A DNA stretch of 40,000 bases. It comes from Cellulophaga phage phi14:2. How positions within the stretch are numbered: the first letter of the stretch is position 1; every line of letters begins with the position of its first letter. The position numbers were made by a program, and so were the translations under genes. The notes beneath the pieces were generated by a model that made no database searches, was not told where the DNA came from, and worked only from the letters and a program-made list of their open reading frames with translations. The stretch lies in the sequence record KC821624.1; one strand, given 5' to 3'. Positions 19,301-28,831 of this stretch are shown piece after piece.

Positions 19301-20213
19301 GATAAGATACTTTAGCATCATTAGCTAGTGTTCTACTTTCAATATCGCTATTTATAGTAGATTGATCATCTGGTACATTACCTAATTTAGTTTTCTCAGC
19401 ATCTGTAAAAGCATTGGTATCAAGTGAAGATTCATATGCAGCTTTTATTTCAGCTGGAGATTGATCCGCTGAAGCCCCTGCCTCTATACCTGATAGTTTA
19501 TTCTTTTCAGAAGTAGTGAAGTTTTCACCTGATAAACTTATTGTAAGCGTTCCTGATGCATCATTGTAAATTTTTGATATACCATTTCCAGTTTGTATTA
19601 AACCGTCCACTATATCCTCTACTTCTTCTTGAGAGACTCCTCCGCCTCCACCATTAGCGGATACAAAGAAATCAAACGTGTTATTTGAATCATTATAAGT
19701 TACAGATATATTAGTTTGAGTTCCACCTATTAATGAGGTAGCCATTATATCTTGAACTTCTTCAGTAGTTAATTTAGATTTCCAAGCTGTACTACCTAAT
19801 GTATTGTCGATACCATCTATAATATCACCTGTAGATGGATTTACTTGTGCTCCAGGTTCAATATTAGATAACTTATTTTTTTCTGAAGTTGTAAATACCT
19901 CGTCAGTAATAGACAATGTCAATCTATTTAAAGAATCATCATATACTTTACTAATCCCTGGTCCAGCTACAACTAAAGTGTTTACTATATCTTGTATTTG
20001 TTCTTCAGTAAAACCTGAATCTCCAGATCCAGAACCTGTACTTAAATAAGGTAAATCATTCCATCTACTGGGAACATCCCTATTACCAATCTTAAGTTTA
20101 TTGGTATCTCTTTCAAATCCAAATTCTCCATCATCTAAGAAAGGATTTTGTGAAGTCCATGTCGCAGCGTTAGCTCTTTTAACTTGGATTTTTGTTATTT
20201 TAAATTCCGACAT
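16386..20213 (-). CDS. Large tail spike/fibre with N-terminal tandem repeats and central beta-helix
   Basis: 1275 aa; N-terminus IQVKRANAATWTSQNPFLDDGEFGFERDTNKLKIGN..; repeated TTSEKNKLSxIE; YNSIMDGVTDDRDTFESTLIAARAVGKRVIVD. Confidence 0.8.
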   Translation of the reverse strand: MSEFKITKIQVKRANAATWTSQNPFLDDGEFGFERDTNKLKIGNRDVPSRWNDLPYLSTGSGSGDSGFTEEQIQDIVNTLVVAGPGISKVYDDSLNRLTLSITDEVFTTSEKNKLSNIEPGAQVNPSTGDIIDGIDNTLGSTAWKSKLTTEEVQDIMATSLIGGTQTNISVTYNDSNNTFDFFVSANGGGGGVSQEEVEDIVDGLIQTGNGISKIYNDASGTLTISLSGENFTTSEKNKLSGIEAGASADQSPAEIKAAYESSLDTNAFTDAEKTKLGNVPDDQSTINSDIESRTLANDAKVSYPGDQDISGIATNASAIATLDTNKLESTDLKTINGESIVGSGDIEIISGSNEYNNIFRDSSDSGLTGAINGTNTSFTVSNGSYNPGTLNVFVEGQLFTAGHGVIETTPATGVFTFENAPETGTSLYVTYQVGNTVTDIVDGSIIESKLSSDVISNFKNTPNGYVSPREYNSIMDGVTDDRDTFESTLIAARAVGKRVIVDRDIFLDVSETSSSIILESGDWIEGINGANIIVNNLLTPAFLMVLTSNITFKNINIVYDQTYDATVSGSTEDSNNFISFLNNYLVSNRGITLTNSNFGWTGRSSLRYTFMIDACEDILFDNVTVKSKGETADKFMIGAFKLKWEWAKNSTITSNVGDTSICKNITFKDIILDGYIMGIQGVVDGFKVDNFKAYRYSDVQTASGTEIGGTAFWMAPPHLFYLNTDASPLYNTQNVEIRNTIDYGILVGSNDHRSETSGYCTSLKMINTVTNVYVDNYTSLRRDGLGEIQDMSNATYKNIYSESEIGIFDSSVGFNAFRFLGTIENVHFENVTLKDKSTYLEIYPLDLASGNNSSMTNFNVIIEGELNTDIYGCYGISGSNNKITNSFLKIGNHTSTQDFRGVIYHDNTALLSGANNHYEVIVQGWRDLGSIPSSTRPRVLLASALNPNNNYAKLVDISNNYVAEQVNGVLTGTLIKSEIVTLGTGTSQALSMVIPTGFALDKVVSETITALNSGTNVTIGTDTTTNKANLIANVYETTGKVDFNINENSHYSGNRSIYINSDTDFASSGVIKVTIELKRYSETSFSKSDNVIANVTDNSVTTSKIVDANVSLAKLSPSVQSTLNQAILSYETLEENEILVVKSDGTIEGVPNFTFTGALLQVGSTASGIYSQLGDNTFSFARNADSSIRQIGGADINFQTQNSSASNTTRLKIEGGSDNGFVELYNSTLKKNTLDTAPANSSATGTAGEVRFTATGVYICIATNSWINGAGTTF
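19418..20036 (-). repeat. Three diverged tandem protein-level repeats in the spike N-terminus
   Basis: EEQIQDIVNTLVVAGPGISKVYDDSLNRLTLSITDEVFTTSEKNKLSNIEPGA / EEVQDIMATSLIGGTQTNISVTYNDSNNTFDFFVS / EEVEDIVDGLIQTGNGISKIYNDASGTLTISLSGENFTTSEKNKLSGIEAGA. Confidence 0.75.
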
Positions 20214-20231
20214 TGTTTATTTTTATTATTA

Positions 20232-20792
20232 TTAATCTAAGCTTTCGCCATCTAAGATTATGTTTATACTATCTGGATTGTTATTTTCGTAGTCTGAAGC
20301 ATCTATCTCCTGACCGCATGTACTACAGTTATTAGTACAATACTTATCCAATGCTTTTATAATATTAAGCATTTCATTAATAAATCTTAATTCTAAAGCC
20401 ATTTTTAAACTAGTTAACATTGTATTAATATTCAAAATGTTAAGATTTAAGTCTTCTATACATTCTTCGCAGTTATCATATAATACTGATTGATTCAGTA
20501 CACACTCTTCATACTTATTAAGTATTGAAGTAAACTCCAAAGAGGTTTCAGTAATATCTTCAGCTTCTATGAAATAGATACCACTAAAGCTTGAAATATT
20601 TAAATCGTTAGGAAATATATCTATTGTTTCAGTAGAAGCTCCTGTCAATTTATCAGATAAGTCAATTAACTTACTAAAATCTTTATACGTATCGTTATCC
20701 CATAACCTCAAAGAGATTACGTCCTGTGCGTCTCCAATAGTTAAACTAAGTTTACTTTTGTCAGACGATATTTCAAAACTTGTTATTTTCAT
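20232..20792 (-). CDS. Hypothetical Cys-containing virion protein
   Basis: 186 aa; C-terminal CTNNCSTCG; between MCP-side and spike genes. Confidence 0.45.
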   Translation of the reverse strand: MKITSFEISSDKSKLSLTIGDAQDVISLRLWDNDTYKDFSKLIDLSDKLTGASTETIDIFPNDLNISSFSGIYFIEAEDITETSLEFTSILNKYEECVLNQSVLYDNCEECIEDLNLNILNINTMLTSLKMALELRFINEMLNIIKALDKYCTNNCSTCGQEIDASDYENNNPDSINIILDGESLD

Positions 20793-20802
20793 ATTTTTGG
20801 AT

Positions 20803-20842
20803 AAAAAAAGGGACTTGGAGCCTTATGACCCAAATCCCCTTT
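20803..20842 (-). terminator. Rho-independent terminator between 20882-21898 and 20232-20792
   Basis: Minus strand AAAGGGGATTTGG...CCAAGTCCCTTTTTTT. Confidence 0.7.
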
Positions 20843-20881
20843 GGTTTTTAATTTTCAATAAGAATGTTATCTAATGTCAAA

Positions 20882-21898
20882 TTATGATAAATCAGCTATA
20901 GTTAAACCTGTAACAGTTTCTAAATCTGCAATCAAAGCGTTTACCGCTGTGAATGAAGTACCAGCTCCAGCACCATCTTGATCAGCTGCATCAATTAAGA
21001 TGTAAAGTAATCTATGTTGCTTTTCAACATTAGTATAAGATCTTTCTTTGTAGTAACTAATAACACCTACATGGTAAGTTTTACTAGAATCTACTTGATA
21101 GATACCAGGGAATCCATTTACTGAATCCACTTCACGATATCTAGAATACTTGTAGCCTTTGTAGAACCATTCTAAGTTAGCGGCTTGAACGCCTGTTCCA
21201 ACTCCGGATGATCCAGCTGTAGCAGTTGCTACGGTAAGGTCACTGTAACGTGCTCCAGATAAAGTAGTAGCACTACCATTATCTCTGACAGCAGCTTGAA
21301 GTTCAAATTCAACTGGCTTACCATCTTTCTTACCTAAGACGAATGACTTGTTGTTACCTTGAACAATGAAGTACCCATTTGTAGTATCGATAGAAGTTGT
21401 AAACAAAGAAGAACCTTCTTTAGCTAATGTCTTATCTAAGTCAGATTTTAATGACGTTAAGATAGTTGCGAATGTTAAACCTGTTACATCTGACGGAGTC
21501 GTGTAAAATGCAGGAATCATTCTAAAGTTTTCAACTGATAATGTACCACCGTCGTTATATAATCGAATGAATACTTCATACGTTACATTAGCTCGTGGAG
21601 TACCTGTGAACCCTTCTACACGTAATACGCGTTGAACTGGTGCAGAGTAACTGTCAAACTTTACATAGTTAATAGACTTTGGGTCTATGATTTCTGAGAA
21701 TTCAAATCCAGCTTTTGCCGAACTTGCTTTTTGTAGTAATTTAAAAGGTTTGTTAACAGCTAAAGCAGTATCGTCTCCAGAGAAGACTTGTATAGCTTTA
21801 TCATTAGCACTAGTAATAAATGCTAAAGCATTAGCTGATGTACCATACGTACTACCTACTAATAAATCACCTGAATTTTGTGGTCCGAATGCAGACAT
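20882..21898 (-). CDS. crAss-like virion structural protein
   Basis: 338 aa; conserved position downstream of capsid genes; soluble beta-rich. Confidence 0.5.
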   Translation of the reverse strand: MSAFGPQNSGDLLVGSTYGTSANALAFITSANDKAIQVFSGDDTALAVNKPFKLLQKASSAKAGFEFSEIIDPKSINYVKFDSYSAPVQRVLRVEGFTGTPRANVTYEVFIRLYNDGGTLSVENFRMIPAFYTTPSDVTGLTFATILTSLKSDLDKTLAKEGSSLFTTSIDTTNGYFIVQGNNKSFVLGKKDGKPVEFELQAAVRDNGSATTLSGARYSDLTVATATAGSSGVGTGVQAANLEWFYKGYKYSRYREVDSVNGFPGIYQVDSSKTYHVGVISYYKERSYTNVEKQHRLLYILIDAADQDGAGAGTSFTAVNALIADLETVTGLTIADLS

Positions 21899-21925
21899 AG
21901 TTTTTTTAATTTTAATTAATAATAT

Positions 21926-22651
21926 TTATTCATTTCTTGTGTTCAATTGAACATTAGATTGTAATGAGTTTTCTCTATAAGCTCTATTAGCTAATTCGAC
22001 AGCTCTATCTAATATTTCAGTATGAAAGGCAGTTAAGTCTCCAATACTAGGAGATGTTTTACCATTTATACTTAAACCTTCACCAAAAACTGTTAAATCT
22101 GATATAATGATTGGATCTGGTGTTTTTAAATATCTAAGGTTATATTCTTTAACTTTAGAATCTGATATAAGTTCTACGATGTCATTACCAGCTTCCTTAG
22201 ACGAATAATCCATACGCCATACTTCTTTATTGTAAGGCTTTCTAAATGGATTCTCAATCTGAATATTATATTCATCATGAGTCTTAGGTGTTATAGTAAC
22301 AGTTTTATTTTTACCATTACAAACTAATATAGCTTGTTCTTGAATAGGATATAAAACATCAGATGGTAATGCGAAGAACTGAGAATCAGAGTTTACATGC
22401 TTATTTAGAACACGTTCTAGAGAAGTTTTATAATCTCTAATTAATTCTTTTAAATCATTTCTACGTTTAGTGTTACCTTCAAATCCTCGTTGTAACTTAT
22501 TAGATAAAGGCTCAAACTTACTTTTGACTAGTTCTAATTGAGCCTTTGTTAAAAATACTGACATCTCGTAGTCATCAATGCCTGGTGCAGAATTAGAAGA
22601 TATACTATCGTATAATATATTAAATTCATTCTTTAATTCTGATACCGTCAT
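21926..22651 (-). CDS. Hypothetical crAss-like virion/head-completion protein
   Basis: 241 aa; position in head module. Confidence 0.4.
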   Translation of the reverse strand: MTVSELKNEFNILYDSISSNSAPGIDDYEMSVFLTKAQLELVKSKFEPLSNKLQRGFEGNTKRRNDLKELIRDYKTSLERVLNKHVNSDSQFFALPSDVLYPIQEQAILVCNGKNKTVTITPKTHDEYNIQIENPFRKPYNKEVWRMDYSSKEAGNDIVELISDSKVKEYNLRYLKTPDPIIISDLTVFGEGLSINGKTSPSIGDLTAFHTEILDRAVELANRAYRENSLQSNVQLNTRNE

Positions 22652-23535
22652 TATTTTTTACGTTTAGTAGTTTTTTCTAATTTAACTTTTATAATATCCA
22701 CTAACTCTGAATTCTTAGGATTAGCTAAGTATCTAACTGCATTCGCAAAAGATGGAATTTCATCAATCTCAGCTAATTCAATACCATCGCTAGTAGAGTA
22801 TTTTTGATTATGTGTGATTACTACACCTGCATCTTCAGCATTTGAAAGTAATATTTTATACTCATAATCACTATCTTTCATAAACTCTACGAATTTCTTA
22901 GAATCACCATCAACTAGTTTTTCAACTTCTTGTCTTAACCAAGTTATTTTAGATGCTTCTGATACTGGTCGTTTGTTTACAATTTTTAAGATACCTCTTA
23001 AGATAGCTTCATTATCTTCTACTTTAGAATATAATTTGAAAGCTTCTTTCTTATAATTAAAAGTATCTCTTTCGATTGCCATTTCTTCATCACTATCTAC
23101 AATTACATATTGATATGTAGCTTTATGACTCTGAACAGCTAATGAAGGTGCGATCTTATCTGAATTACCCAATAATATTTTATAATCAATATAATCAATT
23201 GGATCTGATAAGTCTAAGAAGTTATCTCCTTTTACTAAGGTTACATATCTATCTTGCCAAAATTCTTTATTAGCATATACTGATAAACCTTTTCCTAATC
23301 CTTCATCACTTTCTAAGAAAGCTTTTTCTTCTTTTGTAAGAACGTTCGCTAATGAACCATTCTTTTGCATTGGTACTGGAATTTTCTTAAACGATCCGTT
23401 TAACATTCCTCCTGCGATAACGTGATCATCTTTCACGTCAGCTGCCATACCTTTTCTTTTTCTGATAAACCTTACGATAATTTTCTTATCTGGTAAGGTA
23501 AAACTAGTTTTCTCCAATACTGTTTCAGTTCCCAT
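22651..23535 (-). CDS. Hypothetical protein of head module
   Basis: 294 aa; overlaps the next gene by 1 nt. Confidence 0.4.
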   Translation of the reverse strand: MGTETVLEKTSFTLPDKKIIVRFIRKRKGMAADVKDDHVIAGGMLNGSFKKIPVPMQKNGSLANVLTKEEKAFLESDEGLGKGLSVYANKEFWQDRYVTLVKGDNFLDLSDPIDYIDYKILLGNSDKIAPSLAVQSHKATYQYVIVDSDEEMAIERDTFNYKKEAFKLYSKVEDNEAILRGILKIVNKRPVSEASKITWLRQEVEKLVDGDSKKFVEFMKDSDYEYKILLSNAEDAGVVITHNQKYSTSDGIELAEIDEIPSFANAVRYLANPKNSELVDIIKVKLEKTTKRKK

Positions 23536-23561
23536 ATTTAATTTTAAATTTTAGATACTAA

Positions 23562-23579
23562 AGGGGCGACGAAACCCCT
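23562..23579 (-). terminator. Short GC-rich hairpin downstream of the MCP gene (attenuator/processing hairpin?)
   Basis: AGGGG-N8-CCCCT inverted repeat in the MCP-22651 intergenic gap; weak U tract. Confidence 0.4.
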
Positions 23580-23597
23580 CTAGCTATTGTTGCATTA

Positions 23598-25121
23598 TTA
23601 TGCTATAATATTTGGTATTAGTGACGCTGTTCTTGATGGATCTTTTACCATAGCACCTACTGTACACATTGCTGTGATAGTAGCACTATCTTCCATTCTT
23701 GACATTGTACCACCTCTACGACCAGTGAAAGGATCACGGATACCAGCTTGGTAACCTCTCATTTCCTCTTCACCTTTAGCTACTACCTTCTGAATGTTTG
23801 GTTCAGCAGACTGTCCGATGTAAAAGATGTCATATCTATAAGACTCAGCTACACCTCCGTTAGGATGTAATAGTTTGTTTCTTACTTTGTCATCATACAT
23901 TGGATCAACATCGATAACTACATGTACTCCATTTGGTGCAATCCATTCTGTGAATTGGAAACCGCCTTTAAAGGAATTAGGGTGTAATTTACTATCAGTT
24001 GATTGAATAACAGCTGGGTTGTTTTGAGATAATGAAATCCATCCCATTGCCTCAGCAGTAACTCCTTCATGAAACTGTACAGCACCACGCTCACCAGTTT
24101 TGATCATGAATTTACGCTGTCCTGAATTATAGTTAATATCTAATTTACCTTCAGACAATTCAGTTAACATATCAGTAATGATACGTAAGCTAAAGTTGTT
24201 GTAGAAGATTGTATTAGAAACTTCCATTTGTTCTCTAATTCCAGAACCAGCTTTAATTGTGATGTTCGACTTACCGAAGTTTAAGAAACGTCCATTCTCA
24301 TCTCTGTTGGTCTTACCAAAGAAAATCGTTCTTGACTTAACTTTACTTACAGCTTGTTCAAACTGCCAGTAAACTTCTTGCATCCAAGTCTTAGACTCAT
24401 GAAGACCTCCTGATTTAGGATCTCTTGTTACAATGTTACTAAACCATAATGGGTTAGTTTTGAAGTTTACATCAATCATTTTACCCGATACACTGTGCTC
24501 TAGTCTCAAATAAGAGAAACTGTTACGCATTGTGTAAGGAGTGTTGAATTGAATACCAGCACCCTTGATTGATAGTTCGTCTTCAACAGAAGCACCATCA
24601 ATAGAGAATCGTTTGTAAGGAAGTAACTCCTCACCTGGTATACCTAATAGACTAGACTCATCACCGAACACCTCACAGGTATACACCCAATCAGTAGTTC
24701 CTTCTGGACGAGGATCGTCTACAATTTTAATTCTATACACATCTGGCTTTTCACCAACAATTTCGTGTACATCTGTGAAATACTTCTCAGGGAATACAAG
24801 TTCAAAAGTGTCACGTCCTGCACCAACATTAGTAGTAGCAGATGTTACAACGCTACCTTTCCAACGAGCTTCTTTAAGAGGAATATTACGTTCAGACGAA
24901 CCTGCTAATTTCCAAATAAAGTCGTCATCAGACTCTAATGTTTTTACAGGAAACATGGCTAAAGAGTTATCTAAACTCTTAACACCTGATTCTTGTAAGA
25001 GCTGAGTAGTAATTTTAGAACCCATTTGAGGGCTCTGCATCCAAATCGCACCTAAGTGATTCCTGGTAGTCATACCAGAAAACGATTTAGCTTGTGTCAT
25101 TACAAATTTACCTACGCTCAT
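23598..25121 (-). CDS. Major capsid protein, crAss-like
   Basis: 507 aa; MSVGKFVMTQAKSFSGMTTRNHLGAIWMQSPQMG...; located next to scaffold-like and portal genes. Confidence 0.75.
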   Translation of the reverse strand: MSVGKFVMTQAKSFSGMTTRNHLGAIWMQSPQMGSKITTQLLQESGVKSLDNSLAMFPVKTLESDDDFIWKLAGSSERNIPLKEARWKGSVVTSATTNVGAGRDTFELVFPEKYFTDVHEIVGEKPDVYRIKIVDDPRPEGTTDWVYTCEVFGDESSLLGIPGEELLPYKRFSIDGASVEDELSIKGAGIQFNTPYTMRNSFSYLRLEHSVSGKMIDVNFKTNPLWFSNIVTRDPKSGGLHESKTWMQEVYWQFEQAVSKVKSRTIFFGKTNRDENGRFLNFGKSNITIKAGSGIREQMEVSNTIFYNNFSLRIITDMLTELSEGKLDINYNSGQRKFMIKTGERGAVQFHEGVTAEAMGWISLSQNNPAVIQSTDSKLHPNSFKGGFQFTEWIAPNGVHVVIDVDPMYDDKVRNKLLHPNGGVAESYRYDIFYIGQSAEPNIQKVVAKGEEEMRGYQAGIRDPFTGRRGGTMSRMEDSATITAMCTVGAMVKDPSRTASLIPNIIA

Positions 25122-25152
25122 AATTTATTTATTGTTTTTAATAATTTATAGT

Positions 25153-26277
25153 TTAATCGATAATCAGGTCGTGACCTTCAATATCTATTGAATAACTATC
25201 AGGATCTTGCATGTAAGCTGGTTTTCCTGAATCAGATATTCTAGTGCTACTCTTAATAGCTCGTTCTAAATCGTTTACAATTTTAGTATTCTTAGTTTTT
25301 TCAATAAGACCAAAATCTTTAAATCCTTTAGTAATTGTATATAAGTAATTAGTTATAAGTTGATAGTTTTCAGTGTTCTCTCTTGCGTATTTCATCAGAG
25401 CATTCTCACTCTTACCTTCTGGATTAGTACCTACTACTGTAAATAAGTTTTTTTCAACTTGTTCTCTTACATTATCAGTAAGTGGAAATCCTGATATAAT
25501 CTCTTTACTTGTCTTAATTTTATTTTTTAAAGTATCAACTCTCTTTATTTCAGCATTAATCTCAGCTTCTTTATCAGCTTGGATTTGTAATTTACGTTTC
25601 TCAAAGTTTTGTTTATCGAATTCTTTAAGTGCTGAAAGAGCTTCTGTAGCATCTTCTGTGTCAGCTTCTAATTCAATACTACGTCTTAACATTTTAATAG
25701 CTTTCTCCTCTGTGAAACCTTTATTAATAAAATCATTATAAATGATCTTTTGACGTAATTCAGGATTAGCCTTAATATCTTCTTCCTTAATACTTTCAAA
25801 TTGTGTTTGAACTTTTAAATGAGTTTTAATTTCATCTTCTGGAATACCAGTTCTTAAGTTCTCTAAGTAAGTTCGTTGAACTTCATTTAAATCTGAAAAT
25901 TCATTCTTTTTAATTTCTCCTTTGAATAAATCAGCGAATGCTTCTGCACTATCTGGTTTGGCATCTGTAGAAGATATCAATCCTTCTTCAACTAGTAAAG
26001 CTGTTAAGGAACTGAATAAATTTGGAGAAGATTCATCAGCTGTACTATCCGCTGGTTTGTCATCTTCTACTTCGCCTTTATTATCCTCTCCAACTACTTC
26101 ATCTGGAATTACTTCCTCGTTGATAGGTTCATCTCCCGTATTAGGGGTAATTTCTTCTTCTATTGGTTCACCTTCTCCATCTTCTGGAAATAAAGGTTCC
26201 CCTTCTTCTAAATCTATAGACGGTATTTCTCCAAAAATACCCATGTCTAAGTCTAGATCATTAATTTCATCATCCAT
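25153..26277 (-). CDS. Acidic, helical scaffolding-like protein
   Basis: 374 aa; very acidic N-terminus (LEEGEPLFPEDGEGEPIEEEI), charged helical C-terminal half, between portal and MCP. Confidence 0.6.
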   Translation of the reverse strand: MDDEINDLDLDMGIFGEIPSIDLEEGEPLFPEDGEGEPIEEEITPNTGDEPINEEVIPDEVVGEDNKGEVEDDKPADSTADESSPNLFSSLTALLVEEGLISSTDAKPDSAEAFADLFKGEIKKNEFSDLNEVQRTYLENLRTGIPEDEIKTHLKVQTQFESIKEEDIKANPELRQKIIYNDFINKGFTEEKAIKMLRRSIELEADTEDATEALSALKEFDKQNFEKRKLQIQADKEAEINAEIKRVDTLKNKIKTSKEIISGFPLTDNVREQVEKNLFTVVGTNPEGKSENALMKYARENTENYQLITNYLYTITKGFKDFGLIEKTKNTKIVNDLERAIKSSTRISDSGKPAYMQDPDSYSIDIEGHDLIID

Positions 26278-26306
26278 ATTATCAGTTCCGTTTTTTAATA
26301 TTTATA

Positions 26307-26338
26307 CAAATATAAAACATTTTTTAGTATAAAAGCAA
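26307..26338 (-). promoter_or_regulatory. Bacteroidota-type promoter TTG-N21-TATATTTG
   Basis: Minus strand TTGCTTTTATACTAAAAAATGTTTTATATTTG upstream of the 26277 start. Confidence 0.7.
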
Positions 26339-26384
26339 ATAATTTTCGATATATAGAACTATATTCAAAAACTTTTAATAGCGT

Positions 26385-28757
26385 TTATGACTTACTAGCT
26401 GGTTTATTTTTTGCAGCTTGAATCTTCTTTTCTTCAATAACCATCTTATCTTTATGCATTAACATATCTTGGTTCAAAGCTTTGATCTTTTCCATATGGT
26501 CATTCATCATCTTTTGTCTATCTAAATCTACTTTAATAGACTCAATAGGATTTTCAATACCATCGTCCATTGAACCAGTTGCACTTATAATAGCTTTTTG
26601 GATATCAGTAGTAGCTCTAGTATCAATTTCATATTTCTTAAGATCTCTTGTAGCTTGTTCACTTTCTTGCAATGCTTTAAGTTGAGCTTCAGCTATTTTG
26701 TTTTGTTGCTCAGCTTGCAATCTTTCAGATTCTTTAATGTCATTTTCAACACCTTCAATCTTACGTCTCATATCAGCCAATGAAGGTGATAAGTAGATAT
26801 CCATTACAGTACTAAAGTTACCTCCATTTTGCATGAATGATTGAGCTAATTGTTTCATTGTATTTTCCAGTTCTTTAGTTTTCTGAGAACTAGTTATTAC
26901 AATACCATAATCAGCATCTGTAAACTCTTCATCTATATTTAAAATTTCTATAGACTGATCATCTAAGATATACTGTGCTTTCTTTGGATTATCTTTAAAC
27001 GCTATTTTAGCAGTGTCTAAAAATGCAGTAAGACATCTTTTCTTAAAGTTTTCATGTTTCATAAACCACCACTCAGTAATATGAGATGATTGGTTAACAG
27101 AACGTTCAATACCACTTGCAGTTTCTCTGTTTGATATTTGACCTTCTCTTTGTTTAGAAACACCTGAGATTTCTCCCATTTCCATTTTAATATACTCAAG
27201 TAAACTAATATGTTGTTGAATATAAGCTCCAGTCTCTAAATCTAAATAACCTTTAGACTGTTGCATATTACCTGCTAACTTACCTGTAGCAGCTCCTTTA
27301 TTAGCTTCTTTAAATGAATCTGTTACTGCAATACCATTTACTACAGCGAAGTGCATCCATTTTTCAATTTCCCAGTTATCTGGTACTCTAGCTAAATCCA
27401 GTTCTAAAATCTTACCGTAGTTCTTTTGTATACCCTTGTTAGTTCTATCCCATAGTACATCGTACATATACTGATAGTTCTTCATTCTGTCTACTAAAGA
27501 TACAGCTCTAGATTGATTAGTATTAAATACTTCACCTATAATACCGAAGTGATTATAAGATGGATTCATCATTTTAGAATATTGAACTCGTCTAGGACGC
27601 ATATTAATATAAATATCCTTACCTATTTTAGTACCTTCCCAAGCTTCATTAACCCATAACGTAGTACTTTCCTCTCCAGCTTCTTTATCAATTATATATT
27701 CTTCAGATCTAAGTTTTGTTTGCACATCACCCATTTCATCATAATACTTAATCTTTTGCATTTTCTTAAGTGACTTCCAGTATACACGTAAGACTCTAAT
27801 GTTACCTTCAGGATCTGTAAAGTTAGATGAAAAATTAAATCCATTAACTTCACCAATACCTAAGTAAGGGTCTACAGTGTTATCACCACCTATTCCATCT
27901 CTAAGGAATAAGTGATTACTATCGTCATCAGTATAACTATCTGTACTTCTAGCAGTAGAATATTCTAGTATAGTATCAATATCCTTTGGTTTCAACTCTT
28001 CATGGAATACATCTACAATTCTACCTGGACTCCAATGATCTTCTAATATGATTAGATCTGAGTCTTCAATTCTATTGCTATTACCATTTCTAATAGCATG
28101 GACTTTCATTCCATTAAGCTTATTTAGAACTGGCTCATTATTTTCAATATCTACTTGGACTATTTCTTCAGCGTTAATCAGAACGTCTTTGAAACATTCA
28201 GTGAATGTCTTACTGAACTCCTGCTCTTCCCAGTAGTGTCTTAATATTCTATTAGCTAGTAATTCTTTTTTGTCTTGCCAGCTATGAATATCTTTTTCTA
28301 ATTCTTTAAGTTTTCTTTCAATTTCTTGAGGGTCTTCACCTGTACTTTTAATAAACTCAGTAAATCTTTCTTTGACAAACTTACTCTTTTCTTCTTCCTT
28401 AGCACTAATAGCATCAGGATTAGTTACTATAGCTGTAAAATCAAACTGTCTGTTAATTTCTTCACCTACTAGTAAATCTATCTTAGGTACCATTATAGGG
28501 TGGTGAGGTATGTTATCTGGAACATACGACGCATCCATACCGAATGGATTTAAAGTTTTATGTATATCTCTAACGTCTACAATACCATTATATAAATTTA
28601 AGTTTATAATTTTATTATGTAACGTTTTACGAACCATTCCATTATGATAAATAGAATGACCATCAGCATGATCCATGACATTTTTACGCCATGTTTTAGT
28701 TTTTTGGGAATAAGGTAACCTCTGTCTTGGTAGAGGTGTTGAAATAGTTGTAGCCAT
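26385..28757 (-). CDS. Portal protein, crAss-like
   Basis: 790 aa; KTWRKNVMDHADGHSIYHNGMVRKTLHNKIINLNLYNGIVD..., long C-terminal helices; between terminase and scaffold/MCP. Confidence 0.75.
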   Translation of the reverse strand: MATTISTPLPRQRLPYSQKTKTWRKNVMDHADGHSIYHNGMVRKTLHNKIINLNLYNGIVDVRDIHKTLNPFGMDASYVPDNIPHHPIMVPKIDLLVGEEINRQFDFTAIVTNPDAISAKEEEKSKFVKERFTEFIKSTGEDPQEIERKLKELEKDIHSWQDKKELLANRILRHYWEEQEFSKTFTECFKDVLINAEEIVQVDIENNEPVLNKLNGMKVHAIRNGNSNRIEDSDLIILEDHWSPGRIVDVFHEELKPKDIDTILEYSTARSTDSYTDDDSNHLFLRDGIGGDNTVDPYLGIGEVNGFNFSSNFTDPEGNIRVLRVYWKSLKKMQKIKYYDEMGDVQTKLRSEEYIIDKEAGEESTTLWVNEAWEGTKIGKDIYINMRPRRVQYSKMMNPSYNHFGIIGEVFNTNQSRAVSLVDRMKNYQYMYDVLWDRTNKGIQKNYGKILELDLARVPDNWEIEKWMHFAVVNGIAVTDSFKEANKGAATGKLAGNMQQSKGYLDLETGAYIQQHISLLEYIKMEMGEISGVSKQREGQISNRETASGIERSVNQSSHITEWWFMKHENFKKRCLTAFLDTAKIAFKDNPKKAQYILDDQSIEILNIDEEFTDADYGIVITSSQKTKELENTMKQLAQSFMQNGGNFSTVMDIYLSPSLADMRRKIEGVENDIKESERLQAEQQNKIAEAQLKALQESEQATRDLKKYEIDTRATTDIQKAIISATGSMDDGIENPIESIKVDLDRQKMMNDHMEKIKALNQDMLMHKDKMVIEEKKIQAAKNKPASKS

Positions 28758-28763
28758 ATTTTA

Positions 28764-28793
28764 CAAATATAGGTATTAAATTAGTATTAACAA
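28764..28793 (-). promoter_or_regulatory. Bacteroidota-type promoter TTG-N19-TATATTTG
   Basis: Minus strand TTGTTAATACTAATTTAATACCTATATTTG directly upstream of the portal start. Confidence 0.7.
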
Positions 28794-28831
28794 TGACATT
28801 TTATTCATTATAATTAGAAAAAAATATCGTT

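Noticed and set aside
15436-20049. Plus-strand ORFs inside the tail spike genes (e.g. 15436-15663, 18199-18462, 18541-18918, 19804-20049)
   Set aside because: They are antisense to long, well-supported minus-strand genes, have no domain signal, and appear to be shadows of the coding strand.
25373-28236. Plus-strand ORFs antisense to scaffold and portal (25373-25741, 25922-26332, 26482-26685, 26598-26783, 28048-28236)
   Set aside because: Compositions (Ser/Leu/Phe-rich) are typical of antisense reading of charged helical proteins; no independent support.
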